A stretch of 56,948 nt of DNA, the filler included, from Streblomastix strix (Eukaryota): the NCBI GenBank assembly GCA_008636045.1. It is 3 parts of 3 records of this genome, joined end to end, with 100 filler letters (N's around TTAATTAATTAA, not from the genome) between each part and the next. Parts side by side here need not be neighbours in the genome. Positions count along the whole stretch, not along the records: positions 1 to 18,935 come from SNRW01000559.1; positions 19,036 to 37,952 come from SNRW01000560.1; 1 more part is not named here. One strand, 5' to 3'. The translations under genes and the position numbers were made by a program. How positions within the stretch are numbered: position 1 is the first letter of the stretch; every line of letters starts with the position of its first letter. A model generated the notes under the pieces. That model saw nothing but the letters and a program-made list of their open reading frames with translations, was not told the DNA's origin and made no database searches. Positions 13,061 to 25,727 of the stretch are shown piece after piece.

Positions 13061-13879
13061 CATATGAAAGAAAAAAAATTTAAAGCCAAATTTGGCTTTT
13101 TTTTTTAAAAAAATATTTAAATTTTATATTTTTTGAAATTCAAAGAAGAAATTTTTTTGGGATGTAATATTTCATAAATATGTAATATATAACTTAATTG
13201 TTATTATCATGCACTTCAATGATTTCGTTTGCATTTGGTTATTTAATAAATTAAAAAATAAGTAGAATTTTTTCAAAAAAAAATCAAAAAATGCAGATTT
13301 GTTGATTTTATACTAAAAATAAAAAAATCTCACCTTCTCATTTTTTGAGGATTTATATAATTCATATATATTATTATAATATATGATCTTTGCTCCACTA
13401 AAATATTAAATTATTAACACTTAATGTATTAAAATTAGAAAATAATATTATTTATAATAGCCGAAAATATTTTAGTTAAAAAAATTAAAATAAATTTTTT
13501 TTATAAATTTTATAAATATTTTAGCTAAATATTAATTGATTTGAATAATTTAATATTTATTACATACAACATATATGATGTAATTACAATATGAATATAA
13601 ATATAATAGATAGCTAGTTTCTGTATAACAAAACTAAAAATACCAAAAATTTTGAAACAAAATTTTTAATGATTTTTTGATATTAGCATGATTAATTCTA
13701 TGTTATTATTTTTATAGCGATAACTATTTTATTTCATATTTATATTTGTATAATAGATATATGCATGCGTATTATTAATATGTGAATTGAAACATTAAAC
13801 AAATAATTTTTATACAAACAATTATATTTGTTTTGTTAAAAAAAATATAATTAACAAAAATTCAGAGTTTATAAACCAA

Positions 13880-15520
13880 CAAATTTTATATTAACAATCA
13901 ATATCCCTAGTGATTCCTTCTTTATTGAAGTGCTAAATTTTTTTATCCATTTTAGTGCCTAATGGTAGTCTATAAACAACAATCAAAAACGAAAATAGTG
14001 CTACCTATAATTTTGCTGAATCTTCATGAATACTGTCTTAATAATCTGATAATAAGTCAACAGCTTTTTATTTGAAATAGTCACTAGTTTGTCTATCTCG
14101 AATTACAGTGTTAGGTAAAGTCTTATAACTGTCATCAGCACTTGGTCTTATGTAAGAGTGATTATATTCATCTAATGTTTGCTAATGCATATAAACTAAT
14201 TACTTTTCTTAAAATATAGATCCAAAACTAATATATATTTTGTAAGGTTTCACTTTCTCCGATTCATATACCTAGTCGATTTTATCTTTCAGATGTTATA
14301 AGTCATAGATATGATTGAAATTGTGTTAAGTATATGGTTCTTTATTGAATATACCTTTTGATTTCATTAATTCATCAGGTAGTCCCTCAATACTAACTTC
14401 ATTCTTTTCTAAGAATTTCATGCGTGCCTGAGCTAATGTAGTATAATAAGTTGATAAATTCTATGGTGTGAAGATAACGAATGCTTTCTATTCGAGTTCT
14501 CTATTTTTATTTAATTATTCTGTTTTTGTTATACTTAGTTCACTAAAATGATCTTTGTGTAATCCAAAATATTCACTATTAAGCTTTTTCATTCATCTAT
14601 TGAATTCATTAGCTCCTAATTTTACTTCTAGATATTTGAGAATTTTAATGGTCTTTCACTATATCTCTTATATCTTGAATTAATGATTGTCTATTGTAAT
14701 TATTCGTATAGTTTATGCCCCTTTTATTTGCTTTAAATTACCTTTGCAGCATTTACTGAGTATTTCATAAGTTATTGTGTTTAATGTCTTCGATAATTCT
14801 TTTGGATTAATATTGCAGCTTTATTATTTTTTTTTAATTTATCCTTTAATTCTTGTATCTCTTATTGATGTAACTATTCTTATTGATCTAATTTTTATTA
14901 ATGTTTCAAATATTGTTCGACTAATAATTACTCATAATTCTAATTAATTTCCTTTGGCTAATGAACATCATTACTCGAAGGTTCAGAATGCAATGCATTA
15001 GCATTTATGTCGCCAACGGAATTAGTATCATTCAAATTACATTCTTCTCATAAAATTTCATTAATTGTTTGTAATGACTCTTGTAATTAATGTATCTAAT
15101 TAGTGATTTATTGCTATGCTTATATCAATTATTACATACGCCATCTTCGACCACTTTCATCAAATTTTTATTTGTAATTAGCTCGGTATTTATCAGGATT
15201 GAATAGATCATTATCATCAAAATTATCAGATTAGTTCAATTCAATTATGATAGCATTTATGCCGCCAACAGAGTTGGTATCATCAATACTTGTAGTTAAT
15301 TATGGTTATCGATCAATTACTGGTACCATTATTGGTTGCTATATTGGTTTTTATTATTATTATTGTTTAACTAAATTATTTACGAATGCCGTAATTGATA
15401 TATCATCACTTTTCGAACCTTAATATCCTTATTATTGAATATGATGTTATAATATATCGATTAATTACTATCTGGTTGAATGTATTATTGGGTTTTATAA
15501 ATGTAATGAATTAATTAAAG
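13880..15520 (-). pseudogene. Polinton-like fragment: IQ-motif coiled coil plus pPolB N-terminal-like domain, truncated before the catalytic domains
   Basis: The frame from ATG 14592 has VYESEKVKPYKIYISFGSIF ... VALFSFLIVVYRL ... DCQYKICWF. This parallels IYDAQHHQAFKIQFNFRIF ... IAIYSMPIKTYNL ... NNNCYM in the polymerase at 32218-36856. Confidence 0.65.
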
Positions 15521-15760
15521 TGTATAATTAGTCAAAAGATAAGTATTTGCTCATTTTACAATAGCAATAAATTAATAAAAAAGTTTGTTGATTAAAAGTT
15601 GATTTATAAATATATGTTTGTTTTTTCTTAATACAAAATGAGTAACAATTATGATGATGCCGAAATCCATGAAAAAGTCTAATCAAATGATAATAATATT
15701 GATGAATAATTAACATAAAAATAAAAATATATACTATTAAATGAATTATCTTTATTATTT

Positions 15761-16154
15761 GATCCAAAATCAGTCAGAAAATATTTATTAATTCATCTTT
15801 TACTAATGTAAATATCATCACATGAGATGAATAGCGCGTTGTAAGTTCCACAATATAAAATTTCACGGTGAGATGATAAATTAATATTATATACTGCTAA
15901 ACATTTATAAGAAAAAAATGACAACAATAATTTAAACATTACTAAAGAAATTGAAAATTTAAAATTCATTTTTTTAATAATTTTGAACATTTTTGAACAT
16001 TTTTTGTATTTATTTCGTATCATTATTTTGATGATAAATATATAAAGAATTAGTGTAGATTATTATATAACTTAATGTTGTCAACTACGTTGACTTCCTA
16101 AAGGCTAATGCTTTGTATTCTGATTCTTTGAGTAATCCGATTGTCTCTCATCTT
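15761..16154. repeat. Inverted copy of the 5085-5465 repeat
   Basis: Reverse-complement alignment by eye. Confidence 0.92.
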
Positions 16155-16900
16155 TACCATTTTGTGTAGCTTCATATTTTGATAATTTAACGCATATTTA
16201 TTTTTTCGTAGGTTTTAGTATAAAGTAATAAACGGGCATCAATCATATTTGTATTGGGGTACGATTTATTGTACTGTTAAAACCCTCACTCCAACGATTC
16301 ATCATTCTCAATACTCTTTCTTTCACTGTTTTGCACTCCCTAATCTCCACAATCGTTCAACGCCTCACTTACTACACTCTAAATACTCATTTCCATACTC
16401 ATCCACTACCTTCCTAATGGTATAAAATTGGAGCCAAAGGCTACTCTGCCTTGTTTTCCACGTCCTCTTGCCTGGAATCCTCTTTCCATTATTGCTTCTC
16501 TTCCATAACTAGATTAGCTCGCAGCATATAGTGTTTACTGTATCCTGAATAGATGCAACGGTTGGAATGGATAAAATGGTTGCTATAGATGCTATAGCAA
16601 CTGTGGTAACTGGATTTAAGATTGCGGATACGAGAATAGTCCCTTTTTGATTTGGAAAATGCAACTAATCTACCTTCTTATGCTCCAGATACCTCTTGAC
16701 ACTTTGAGTACTATCATCAGAGAATATTTCCGCTGGCAAAATACTACCATCTACTACTCCTATCAGCTTCCTTGGTGCATTTGCAAGTTTTCTCAGTTGT
16801 ACAACTGCATTTACACATAAACACAGCGTTGTGTAAGCATGTGCTATCTGCACAATGTTATCTTGACCGCCTAGCTCATTCCCTATTTCAACCAGATATT
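16155..16900 (-). pseudogene. Retroelement-like (DIRS gag-type) remnant
   Basis: GC-richer coding-like stretch AHAYTTLCLC...EIFSDD, then an RG-rich ERGFQARGRGKQGR. It abuts the shared terminal repeat. No RT or recombinase motif seen. Confidence 0.3.
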
Positions 16901-17344
16901 AACGATTATTTATATTTAGTAATTTGTAGAAAAATTAATAAAATCATAACCAAATGCATTCATAGTATATAATATTAACACCAAATAAAATATATTATCA
17001 AAATATATTAATATTATCTATTTATTGAAAATAAAAATTAGGAAAAATTAACTTAAAAATTTAAAAGGAGCTTAAGTCATGGCTCAACTAATTTGTCGTG
17101 GCTGGCTGAGCTAAGCCATCATGTCTAATTAGATATACTTATAAATAATTTTAAATTATAAACAATTTAATTATTTTAATAATTAGTTTCAAATTTTTTT
17201 CACAAAAAAATATTTAATTTTTAAAATTGGTTTAATTGATTTACTGAATCTTGTAAAGTTCATTGTTGTTATTTTATTTATACAAACTTTGTTCTCATTA
17301 ATACATATTTCTACTTTATTTTTAATATGCATTTTAATCAACAG

Positions 17345-18935
17345 ATATTTACCATGCAAAAATTTCTCGCACTGGTATCTGTTCGACGCATGCATATATC
17401 AATCATATGTTCATTTGCACTTGCTTTAATATTAATAATGCATACTATGCGACTTGAATAATTACCTTAATATTCAGTTGTTACAACTTTTGCTTATCAC
17501 AAGCTTTAAAAAGATTTGCTTGTAGCTCAATAATAACTCAGTAATTTACAATATTTTCTACTATAATGATGGTTAGTTTTGGAGCAATTATATTAATATT
17601 AATGGAATATCTTTTCAAGTAACCAATATAAGAAATCGTTCATACAAGTTTAAGCCTTTTATTTCCAGCTTCATTCACATTAGGAAATTAAATAATTCAT
17701 ATAATAGCATTATTAATGGGATTTAAATCAGATGTTTGTAGTGTTATTCCACAATTCATTCTAATAATAACAACTACCATATCAACAATAGTTGGAATAA
17801 TATTAACAATAATCTTTGGAATAAAAGAATAAAATTAGGATTTATAATCATTATCAATTGGAGCAGGAATAACATTATTACTATTTGTATATGTATTGGT
17901 ATATTACTACTTAGCATGTAGATATGGATGCTCTGGATGCTGCACAAAATGTTTAGATAACTGTTCTACTTGTGGTTCATGCATAGAAAGTTGTTGCTCA
18001 GGATGTGTTGATGGATGTTTAGATTGTTGCTCAGGATGTGCTGAATATTATTCAAGTCATAAAGAAAAATAAAGAATAAAAGATGAAATTAAGTAATAAA
18101 AAAAATTGAAGAGAAAGAATAAAAAAAGTATAAAAAAAAGAAGATCAAAAAATAAAAGATGAAATTAAGTAATAAAGGAAAATTGAAGAGAAAGAGTAAG
18201 AAAGAATATAAAAAGAAGAATAATAAAGAATAAAATATGAATAATAAAGAATAAAAAAGGAAGAAAATGAAAGAAGAAAATAAAAAGAAAAAGAAAAAAG
18301 ACAATTAGAATAACAAAGATAATACGAAGAAAAAAGAAGTTAATAAAGAAGATAAAAATAATTATAAAGTAAAGAAGAAAGAATTGTTGTTCATTTTGAC
18401 TAATAATAATAAAGTAATGATTAAAGAATAGTTGTTCATTCTGAATAATAATAATTATAATAATTTTTTGATAATTTTATTGTTCCCTTTGCAAATTTTA
18501 ATGAATAATAATAATTGCAATTACAATAATAATTTATTCAATCTATTTTCAATTTTGATTAACTTAATTTATAATCATTAATATAAAATTAGCATAATCT
18601 GCAAATAAATCCAATTCCAACAATTTTATTAAATAGTTCCTCATCTTCTGATCAAAATCCTTCCATTCAACATTAATCAGTGTATTAACCACCATAAATA
18701 AGATAATTAGCAAGTGAATAAGTAGATAACCCATAATCTATATCTTACTAAAATTTAGAAGAACTTGGTTTAACATAAAATATATAAACAAATATTGATT
18801 CAATAGTTTCACTAAATATGTAAATATATATTTCTTAATAATAAAATCAACCACATTAGAATTAATAAATAAATAATGCATCAACTTAAGATTAAAATTA
18901 AACAAGATAAGAAACTAATTCACAACTTACCAATA
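17345..18935 (+). CDS. Host multi-pass membrane protein with a Cys-rich juxtamembrane segment and K/E/Q-rich tail (partial, frameshifted)
   Basis: Open table-6 frame ~17458-18100 with 4-5 hydrophobic segments, then CRYGCSGCCTKCLDNCSTCGSCIESCCSGCVDGCLDCCSGC. Runs to the contig end. Confidence 0.6.
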
Positions 18936-19035
18936 NNNNNNNNNNNNNNNNNNNNNNNNNNNNNNNNNNNNNNNNNNNNTTAATTAATTAANNNNNNNNN
19001 NNNNNNNNNNNNNNNNNNNNNNNNNNNNNNNNNNN
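18936..19035. other. Artificial contig-joining spacer (44 N + TTAATTAATTAA + 44 N)
   Basis: Exact 100-nt spacer with a six-frame stop linker; an identical spacer lies at 37953-38052. Confidence 0.99.
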
Positions 19036-19959
19036 AAACTTTGTTGATATATGGGTCCAGCTAAAATAATTCCGATTTTTTTCAGCTTTTGCGGAATAAT
19101 AAATTAAGATATATAATAATAAATAAAATAAATAACCATTTCAAATTTAATTACATACTATATTCTTTAAACTATTATTTAAAAAAAAATGTAAATTTAA
19201 TTAAATCCTAATTAGACTTGAAGTAAAATAAAAAGTTAATACTTAACTTTTATATATGCACTTAATTCATTTCTAAACATTCATGAAAATTTTAATTTGT
19301 AAATCAGAATTTTAAAAAATTCTACTTTTAAGTTTTAAAAATTATTTCAATTCATTTGGTAAATAAAAACAAAGAATAATGTCAATAATTTTGATTGTAA
19401 AATATAATAAATTCTATCTCATTATTGAACATACATAATATTCAACATAAAATTAATATAATTACGAAATTATTAAATAAAATTTTAAAAATAAATAATG
19501 AAAAATACAAATAGAATAGAAAATATTTTAAAAATAATCTGATGCACTTTAATATTGTGTAAAATTTTTCACCTTCATAAATTGTCTAATTAAATGGCAA
19601 AGTTACAAAATTTGAGTTTTTCATATTTTTGCAATCTATGATGTATATTTCATGTTTTGGTGAAAAATTTCAAAGATACTAAAATGAAAACTATCGAGAA
19701 AGCTTAGTTTCTTTTTATAACAAATTGAAAATTGAACTTACTGAATATTAATACACATATGTAGTAATTGAATTTATCATCGTTGATATAAGAAAAAATA
19801 ATAAAATAAATGAATATGGAGCAATTTCAAATGAAGATTATGTTGTTTTTTAACAACGTAAATTTTTAATGCATCACAATTTTGCAGCATTTAGGTTATA
19901 TTTTAAATAAGTATAATATTTTATGCATATATGAAATTTTATTACAGAATATAATATTG

Positions 19960-20440
19960 AATTTAGTTATAGAAGCTTGAATGATCTACACTCGATCAGT
20001 TTCAGAATCAGTTTTATTTATTCTTCTGCTTTTTATTCCTAGAACTTCCTCAAACTCTCTTGGGGCGATAGAATCTATATCAGAATCATTCTCTAATTCA
20101 TTATGTTTCCGGAAATGAGGCAATTATCCTTCGCTGAAGATTTACTCATCGCTAGAAGCATGAATTTCAGATGATTAGTCTTCATCAACCGAAAAAGACG
20201 CTTGTGTGCCATTATATTCAGTATCGTTGTCGGAAGCTGCGTCTATCGCAGTAACAAACTGTTCGAATGAAAATGTCGGTCTTGCACAGAAGTCTGGTAA
20301 TTAATCGTTATCATCCTCGTCATTTGAGTTGTCATCGACCTAATTGTTCCGATTCTGCAGTCTAACTGTCATGGTGCTCGAGTAGAAACGGACGCGACGG
20401 TTAATGTTAGCTAATCCATAGAAACAGGCACTCAATACTC
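19960..20440 (-). pseudogene. Acidic low-complexity ORF fragment of unknown origin
   Basis: About 150 open table-6 codons rich in D/E/S, with raised GC and a TGA just upstream. Confidence 0.35.
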
Positions 20441-22613
20441 AATAAACAATGCTAGTTTCCATTAAACATTCTACGTTTGCTGCATAATCATTTTATTGGT
20501 TATATTATTTAATCGAAGAATTATAATATTATCATTTTGACAATAATGCAATGAAAAAAAAATTACATAATTATCAAACAATTTCGCTCTTTTTATTTTG
20601 AAAATAAATAATAGAATATTAAAAAAAAAGAATAATAATTTAAAAAAAATCAGTTTCAAAAAAATCTTAGAATATTGCATGAGAACTAAGCAGAATAAAT
20701 AAATAGCATACATACATTTAATTTTATTTATAGCGAAGAATAAGTCAATCATTCAAATTTTGAAGATTTCATACATTCAATTTATTCTGCTTATATACGA
20801 TCATTAAATTATATTTATCATTTAATATTCTTCTTTTTCATATTATTATTAGGTCAATCAAACTATATACTTCTTTAATTTCTACAATTGTAATTGCCCG
20901 AATTGGTGAGATTGGTAGAAATTGGTGATGTAGCTGATTCACTTCTAATGGACCAAAATATTAAATTTGAAGAAGGCCTATCTAACTTCAAAGCAGATAG
21001 AGGAACAAATAGAAATAATAATATAGTTAAATTATTTCTTAGGCTATTAGTTTTGTATTAATACCATAAAAAATTATTTTTCTAAATTGTTTTGCTTCAT
21101 TATTTTTGTATTGTTTTAATTTAAATAAAATTTTTTATATATATAATTTTTATGTTTCTGGTATTAATTATCATGAGTTATAATATTTCTATAAAGAAAT
21201 TTAGTTTTCTGATGAATTGAATTGAATATTGATCCAAATTAATGCTGTGCATTTATATAATTCTTTAAAAATTATTTTTTGCAATTTTCATTTGAGACTC
21301 AGAGACTGTCTTTAATTATTATAAATGATTTATTTAATTCTGCTATGAAAGTGGTATCTAAATAAACAAAATATGAATTAATATTTGATTCAATTTATCT
21401 AAGAAAAGATAGCAAAAATGTCCCATTTTTTAAAGTATTAAAATCGATCTCAGTTTAAATTTTATATCCAAAAGATTAAAATCTATCATACATCTATACT
21501 TATCTATAATATAAGCAAAATTTTTAAATATTTACATATATGATAATAAATTCACACTTTATTTCTAAAAAATATAAATTATGCTTAAATATGCTGCAAA
21601 AATCGCTTAAAAATGCTGTTAAATCGTTGTAAAGCACAGCACATTAAATTCTCGATGAAAATTAAATATTTTTTTTAATTTTATAACGATTCATCAAATA
21701 ATTCTATAACATATATTATTTTCATCAATAATGACACTAAGTACATATGTAGGCGGGGAGTAAATTGAGCACTAAAAATCATCTTTTTTAAAAAAAACTA
21801 ATAATTCAGACTAATAAACAATAATAACGATACATTTTAAAGAATAAAATTTATAATTTGTTTAATTGATAAGAATTATTAACTCAAATAATAAAATAAT
21901 TGCTTATTGACGGACAAAAATTTTGGCTTTTTTTTACAAATTTATTTATTGGACTATTTTAATAATAGCCCTTATAATTTTGCTCAGCGCACGTTTAGCG
22001 CTCTTAAAAGCGTTTTTGTCCAACACTATTGGTATTATAAAAAAGTTCTTGAAATTTGTACTCAAAGTTATTACCGGAATGCTTTAAACAGATATTGATT
22101 TTTTTGACAGTAAATATTCAAAACAAACATAATGTATAAGCTTCGAACAAATATCTAGTGCCTTTCTATTTAATAATATGTTAGATAGCCAGATCAAGTG
22201 ATATCTGAATTTTCAGAAGCACTAGAAACTTCAACCACTTTATTAGTCACCAAAAATTGGATTTTTCTACTTTTAAATACTTTAAAGGTTATATTCCAAA
22301 TTTTTTATTAAAAATACTATTTGATAATAAGACAAATAAGTAGCATAGAATGAAGAAGTTTGTGGTAAGTTCAAAATCGTATTTATTATAATCAATTTAT
22401 CCGCGATTTTGAACTTTTTTCGTCAATTTGCGAAAATCCCCAGAGCGGAAGCATATACATTAGTATGGTTCCTTTAATCATAGGAAAATGAACAAAATGA
22501 TGAAATAGACAAAGCGTGAATAAATTGATTATAATAAATATTGTTTTGAACTTACGGCAAACTTTCTTCATGAGCAATGCTAATTAATTATTAAAAATAA
22601 ATTAATGAGGGTT

Positions 22614-22820
22614 TCACTCAGTGATGCTTAATTAATCTTTGCTTTTAAGATATGCATCAGATATACGTATTATATCACGTATACTACTTAACATAGCATA
22701 TAGATTTTATACTAATTTTTTCTTTGTATCAATTTCTTTAATTTCATTATTAAGTTGTTAGCATTATTATTGTAATTTTGGTTCTATCTCTTTAAAATAT
22801 TCATACATTTATTTATCCAT
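22614..22820 (-). CDS. Viral ORFan, 68-aa coiled-coil
   Basis: ATG to TGA open in table 6 (MDKQMYEYFKEIEPKL...), caaaATG context. Confidence 0.65.
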
Positions 22821-22853
22821 TTTGAATAAATTACAATAAAAAAAATAATAATA

Positions 22854-23471
22854 TCAATATAAATCAAAATCATTGTATTCTTATTACTATTCTTCTTGGG
22901 GTTATTCTTGAATGATTTATTAAGGTTCCTGTTAAATTTATTATGGCTCTTCCATTTCAACTATCTATTTTGATTATTTGTTTCGTTTTGCTTTCAATTT
23001 ATATTTCTCTATTTGTTTGACAGCATCTTAATGTTATTGTTTAATAAATGAATTTTCAGTTCTCAACCTGATTAATTCTTCTAAATCAAGTTGAGGATTA
23101 GTGTAATTAATTTATGAAGTTTTTTATATTTTTACTACACTTTTTCTAATTTACTTCTTTAATGGTTTTTCTCGTACTTCGCTTATGGAATCATCACTTT
23201 CATTTTATTCATCTTATTGTTCTTAAGATATAAAATCTTCATCATCAATTTATTTTTAAGATGTTTTTTAAACATTTTTCTTTGGAGCAACCCCTCCTTT
23301 AGCTTATAACAGTAATTTATTCTACTATGTTTAAGTTAATTTTTTAAGTATCTTTTTCCTTTCTTCGAATGCTTTAATTTCCTTATGAATTTGGATGACA
23401 TATCCGTTGTCAAAGTATTCAATATTTGTTCCTTTCTCTATTAAATTCTTCAATGCGTGTTGTAAGTCCAT
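22854..23471 (-). CDS. Viral ORFan, 205 aa, K/E/Q-rich
   Basis: Open table-6 frame MDLQHALKNL...EYNDFDLY*. Confidence 0.8.
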
Positions 23472-23494
23472 TTGAATAATTTTAAATTAGGAAA

Positions 23495-24244
23495 ATGATA
23501 AAGGGCATAGAAAGAAACTAAATTCGCATGTCAGAATCCAAAAAATAAATGTCTGAGATTAAACATAAAGAATTAACGGATGAAGATAAAATAAGATTGC
23601 AATTGATCGATGAAGCTATCAGTAGGATTAAATCAATGCCAGCAGTCGATGAAACGACTAAAACCGAAGGTTCTGGCATAAATGCTAAACCTAAAGAAAA
23701 TGAAACATAAACCTAAAATGAAATTATTACATCAACGCATGAATAATTAATCCTTACAGAATAAAAAATTACTAAATATATGAGTAAATATAATAAAGAT
23801 AAATATAAACAAGTAGATAGAACAACTGCATAAGTTGAACCAGATGAAGTAGTTATAAATACTTATCTTTCTCATCCAAATCTCGCTGTAATGAAATTCA
23901 TCATAGAATGCTTATGGAAGACAGTAACTACAAGAAAAAGAGGAGATGATTTCATACTTTCATCAGAAAATTTTATTAAACTTTGGCCATTAATTACTTA
24001 AGAAAATGAAGATGATATTGAAATAGTATTAGAAGAACCATTGATGCAATCACATTCATGCATAGGTAAATTATATAAAAAGAAAGATTTGATTCGTGTG
24101 ATGGATGTATTAATTAAAAACGTTTGTATATCAGTTATTGATAATGTACTTTTTAACTCTATTGAGAAATTATATAGAATCAACAAGGATTTCGTTCGTT
24201 TATCTGATGCTCCTACATCAGAGATTACCAAAGATGATTTTTGA
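23495..24244 (+). CDS. Viral ORFan, ~231-249 aa (alternative ATG at 23549)
   Basis: Open table-6 frame that includes the track ORF 24041-24244 as its C-terminus. Confidence 0.8.
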
Positions 24245-24300
24245 TAATTATTTTAGATGTCTAATTTTTTACTATTTAATTATTTTTATTTATTACATAA

Positions 24301-24739
24301 ATGTTTTCACAATCCGAAATCGTTAGAGGAAAATTGCTCGAGAAACCTTAAAATATCGCAAAGGAAATTAACGTTGAACCAAATTATAAATGTGGTGATG
24401 ATTTCTATTAACGAACAGTAAATTAATAGAATAAACCATACTTTAAATTATTGAAACGTTATGGAAATAATCAATGGAATCCATAAACGGTTTATATTAT
24501 GATTGATAAAAAAAAATAATGAACATATTGAAGAAACAATTAAATAGTATTCTCAACAGATGAAAGAACTTAGTGATAGAATTATACGGTATTCAATACG
24601 TAACTTTACTGAAGCTGAAGCAACTAAATTTTATGAAATGAAACATGCCATTAAATAAATGTAAGAACAAACAAAATACAATAAGTACTGTTAATGCGGA
24701 GTTAAAAATGAAGTCAATTGTATATAATACTACGTTTGA
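24301..24739 (+). pseudogene. Viral ORFan with a frameshift in the poly-A run near 24510
   Basis: MFSQSEIVRGKLLEKP... continues as NEHIEETIKQYSQQM... in another frame after an A9 run. Confidence 0.55.
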
Positions 24740-24792
24740 TGACTGAGCATTTATGCCCGCCAACGATGTTGGTTATTATTTTTGCAATAAAA

Positions 24793-25563
24793 ATGGATCA
24801 ATAATTAAGTGATTTGGATATGATTGATGAAGATGAATAATCTATGTAATAAGAACAGGCAGTTAAATTAATACAATAGTAGGAATAGTAATAAAAATAG
24901 ATAAATGATAGGAATAATTTATTTTAAATCATTGATTAAGAAATAATAAAGTATTTTAATTATTTGAGTTAATTCTTTAAAAAAATCAAAGTTGATTTAA
25001 CTAATTTTGTAACATTAAGTATTGATTAATTTATAACAGGAATCAAGACATTTTTATATCCAATCTTTGCAAGTAAAATTGTTAAATAAGGTGGAACAAA
25101 TAACTAAATTCTATTAGCTAATGGAGATGTGATTGATAAGGATTAATTAGCGTATGAACCAATTGAAAATGCACGTTATTCAGCAATTGCACTGGGAATG
25201 TATGAGTAACGTATATGGGGTACATTAACAACATAAAATAGAAGAGTATTTATTTCACTGTAAATAACTCATTCGGATCAAAATACAGTATGTTAATCAG
25301 GATATACTTTATTCTCAATCGTTGATAATGCTATCAAACCCAAATTCAGTGGAACACCAACTAACATACCATTATATGCTGTTATGTTTGCGTATAAAAG
25401 ATGGAGTTATCCAATATTATGGAATGGTGCTATTCCTATTGATTGTTTTATTAATCCTAATGGTAATGTTATAATAAATACAATGTGTTAGTTAGGTTTA
25501 ACTGAAGATTTTTGTTTACAGATATGTGATTCATATGCTATTCATAATTAGTCGGCTAATTGA
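24793..25563 (+). CDS. Short fibre/spike-like protein, 256 aa
   Basis: Open frame with an N-terminal coiled coil, then FVTLSIDQFITGIKTF and KIVKQGGTNNQILLANG. Both motifs recur in the long fibre. The C-terminus is beta-rich. Confidence 0.75.
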
Positions 25564-25727
25564 CATATTTAAAAATAAACAAATGGACGAATTCAGTGAA
25601 ACTATCATCTATTCTCTGGAATAATTGAACATTAATTGGCATTCTATCTTTAAACAATTTGGGAGGCAGCGATCAAATATGCATGCTAATCAAAGATATG
25701 TAAATGAAAAATAATTATTTTTGCTTT

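Noticed and set aside
18980..18991. TTAATTAATTAA palindrome as a biological site
   Set aside because: It is the artificial linker inside the N spacers.
20880..21560. Possible MULE transposase remnant on the minus strand (VYLDTTF)
   Set aside because: One weak motif in a stop-ridden frame.
21700..22613. Left TIR or integrase of the Polinton-like element
   Set aside because: No recognisable terminal repeat or integrase motif, and the right end is off-contig, so a TIR cannot be tested.
25583..25707. Tiny viral ORF MDEFSETIIYSLEQLNINW between the short fibre and the MCP
   Set aside because: Good start context but no clean stop without assuming a frameshift; too short to support.
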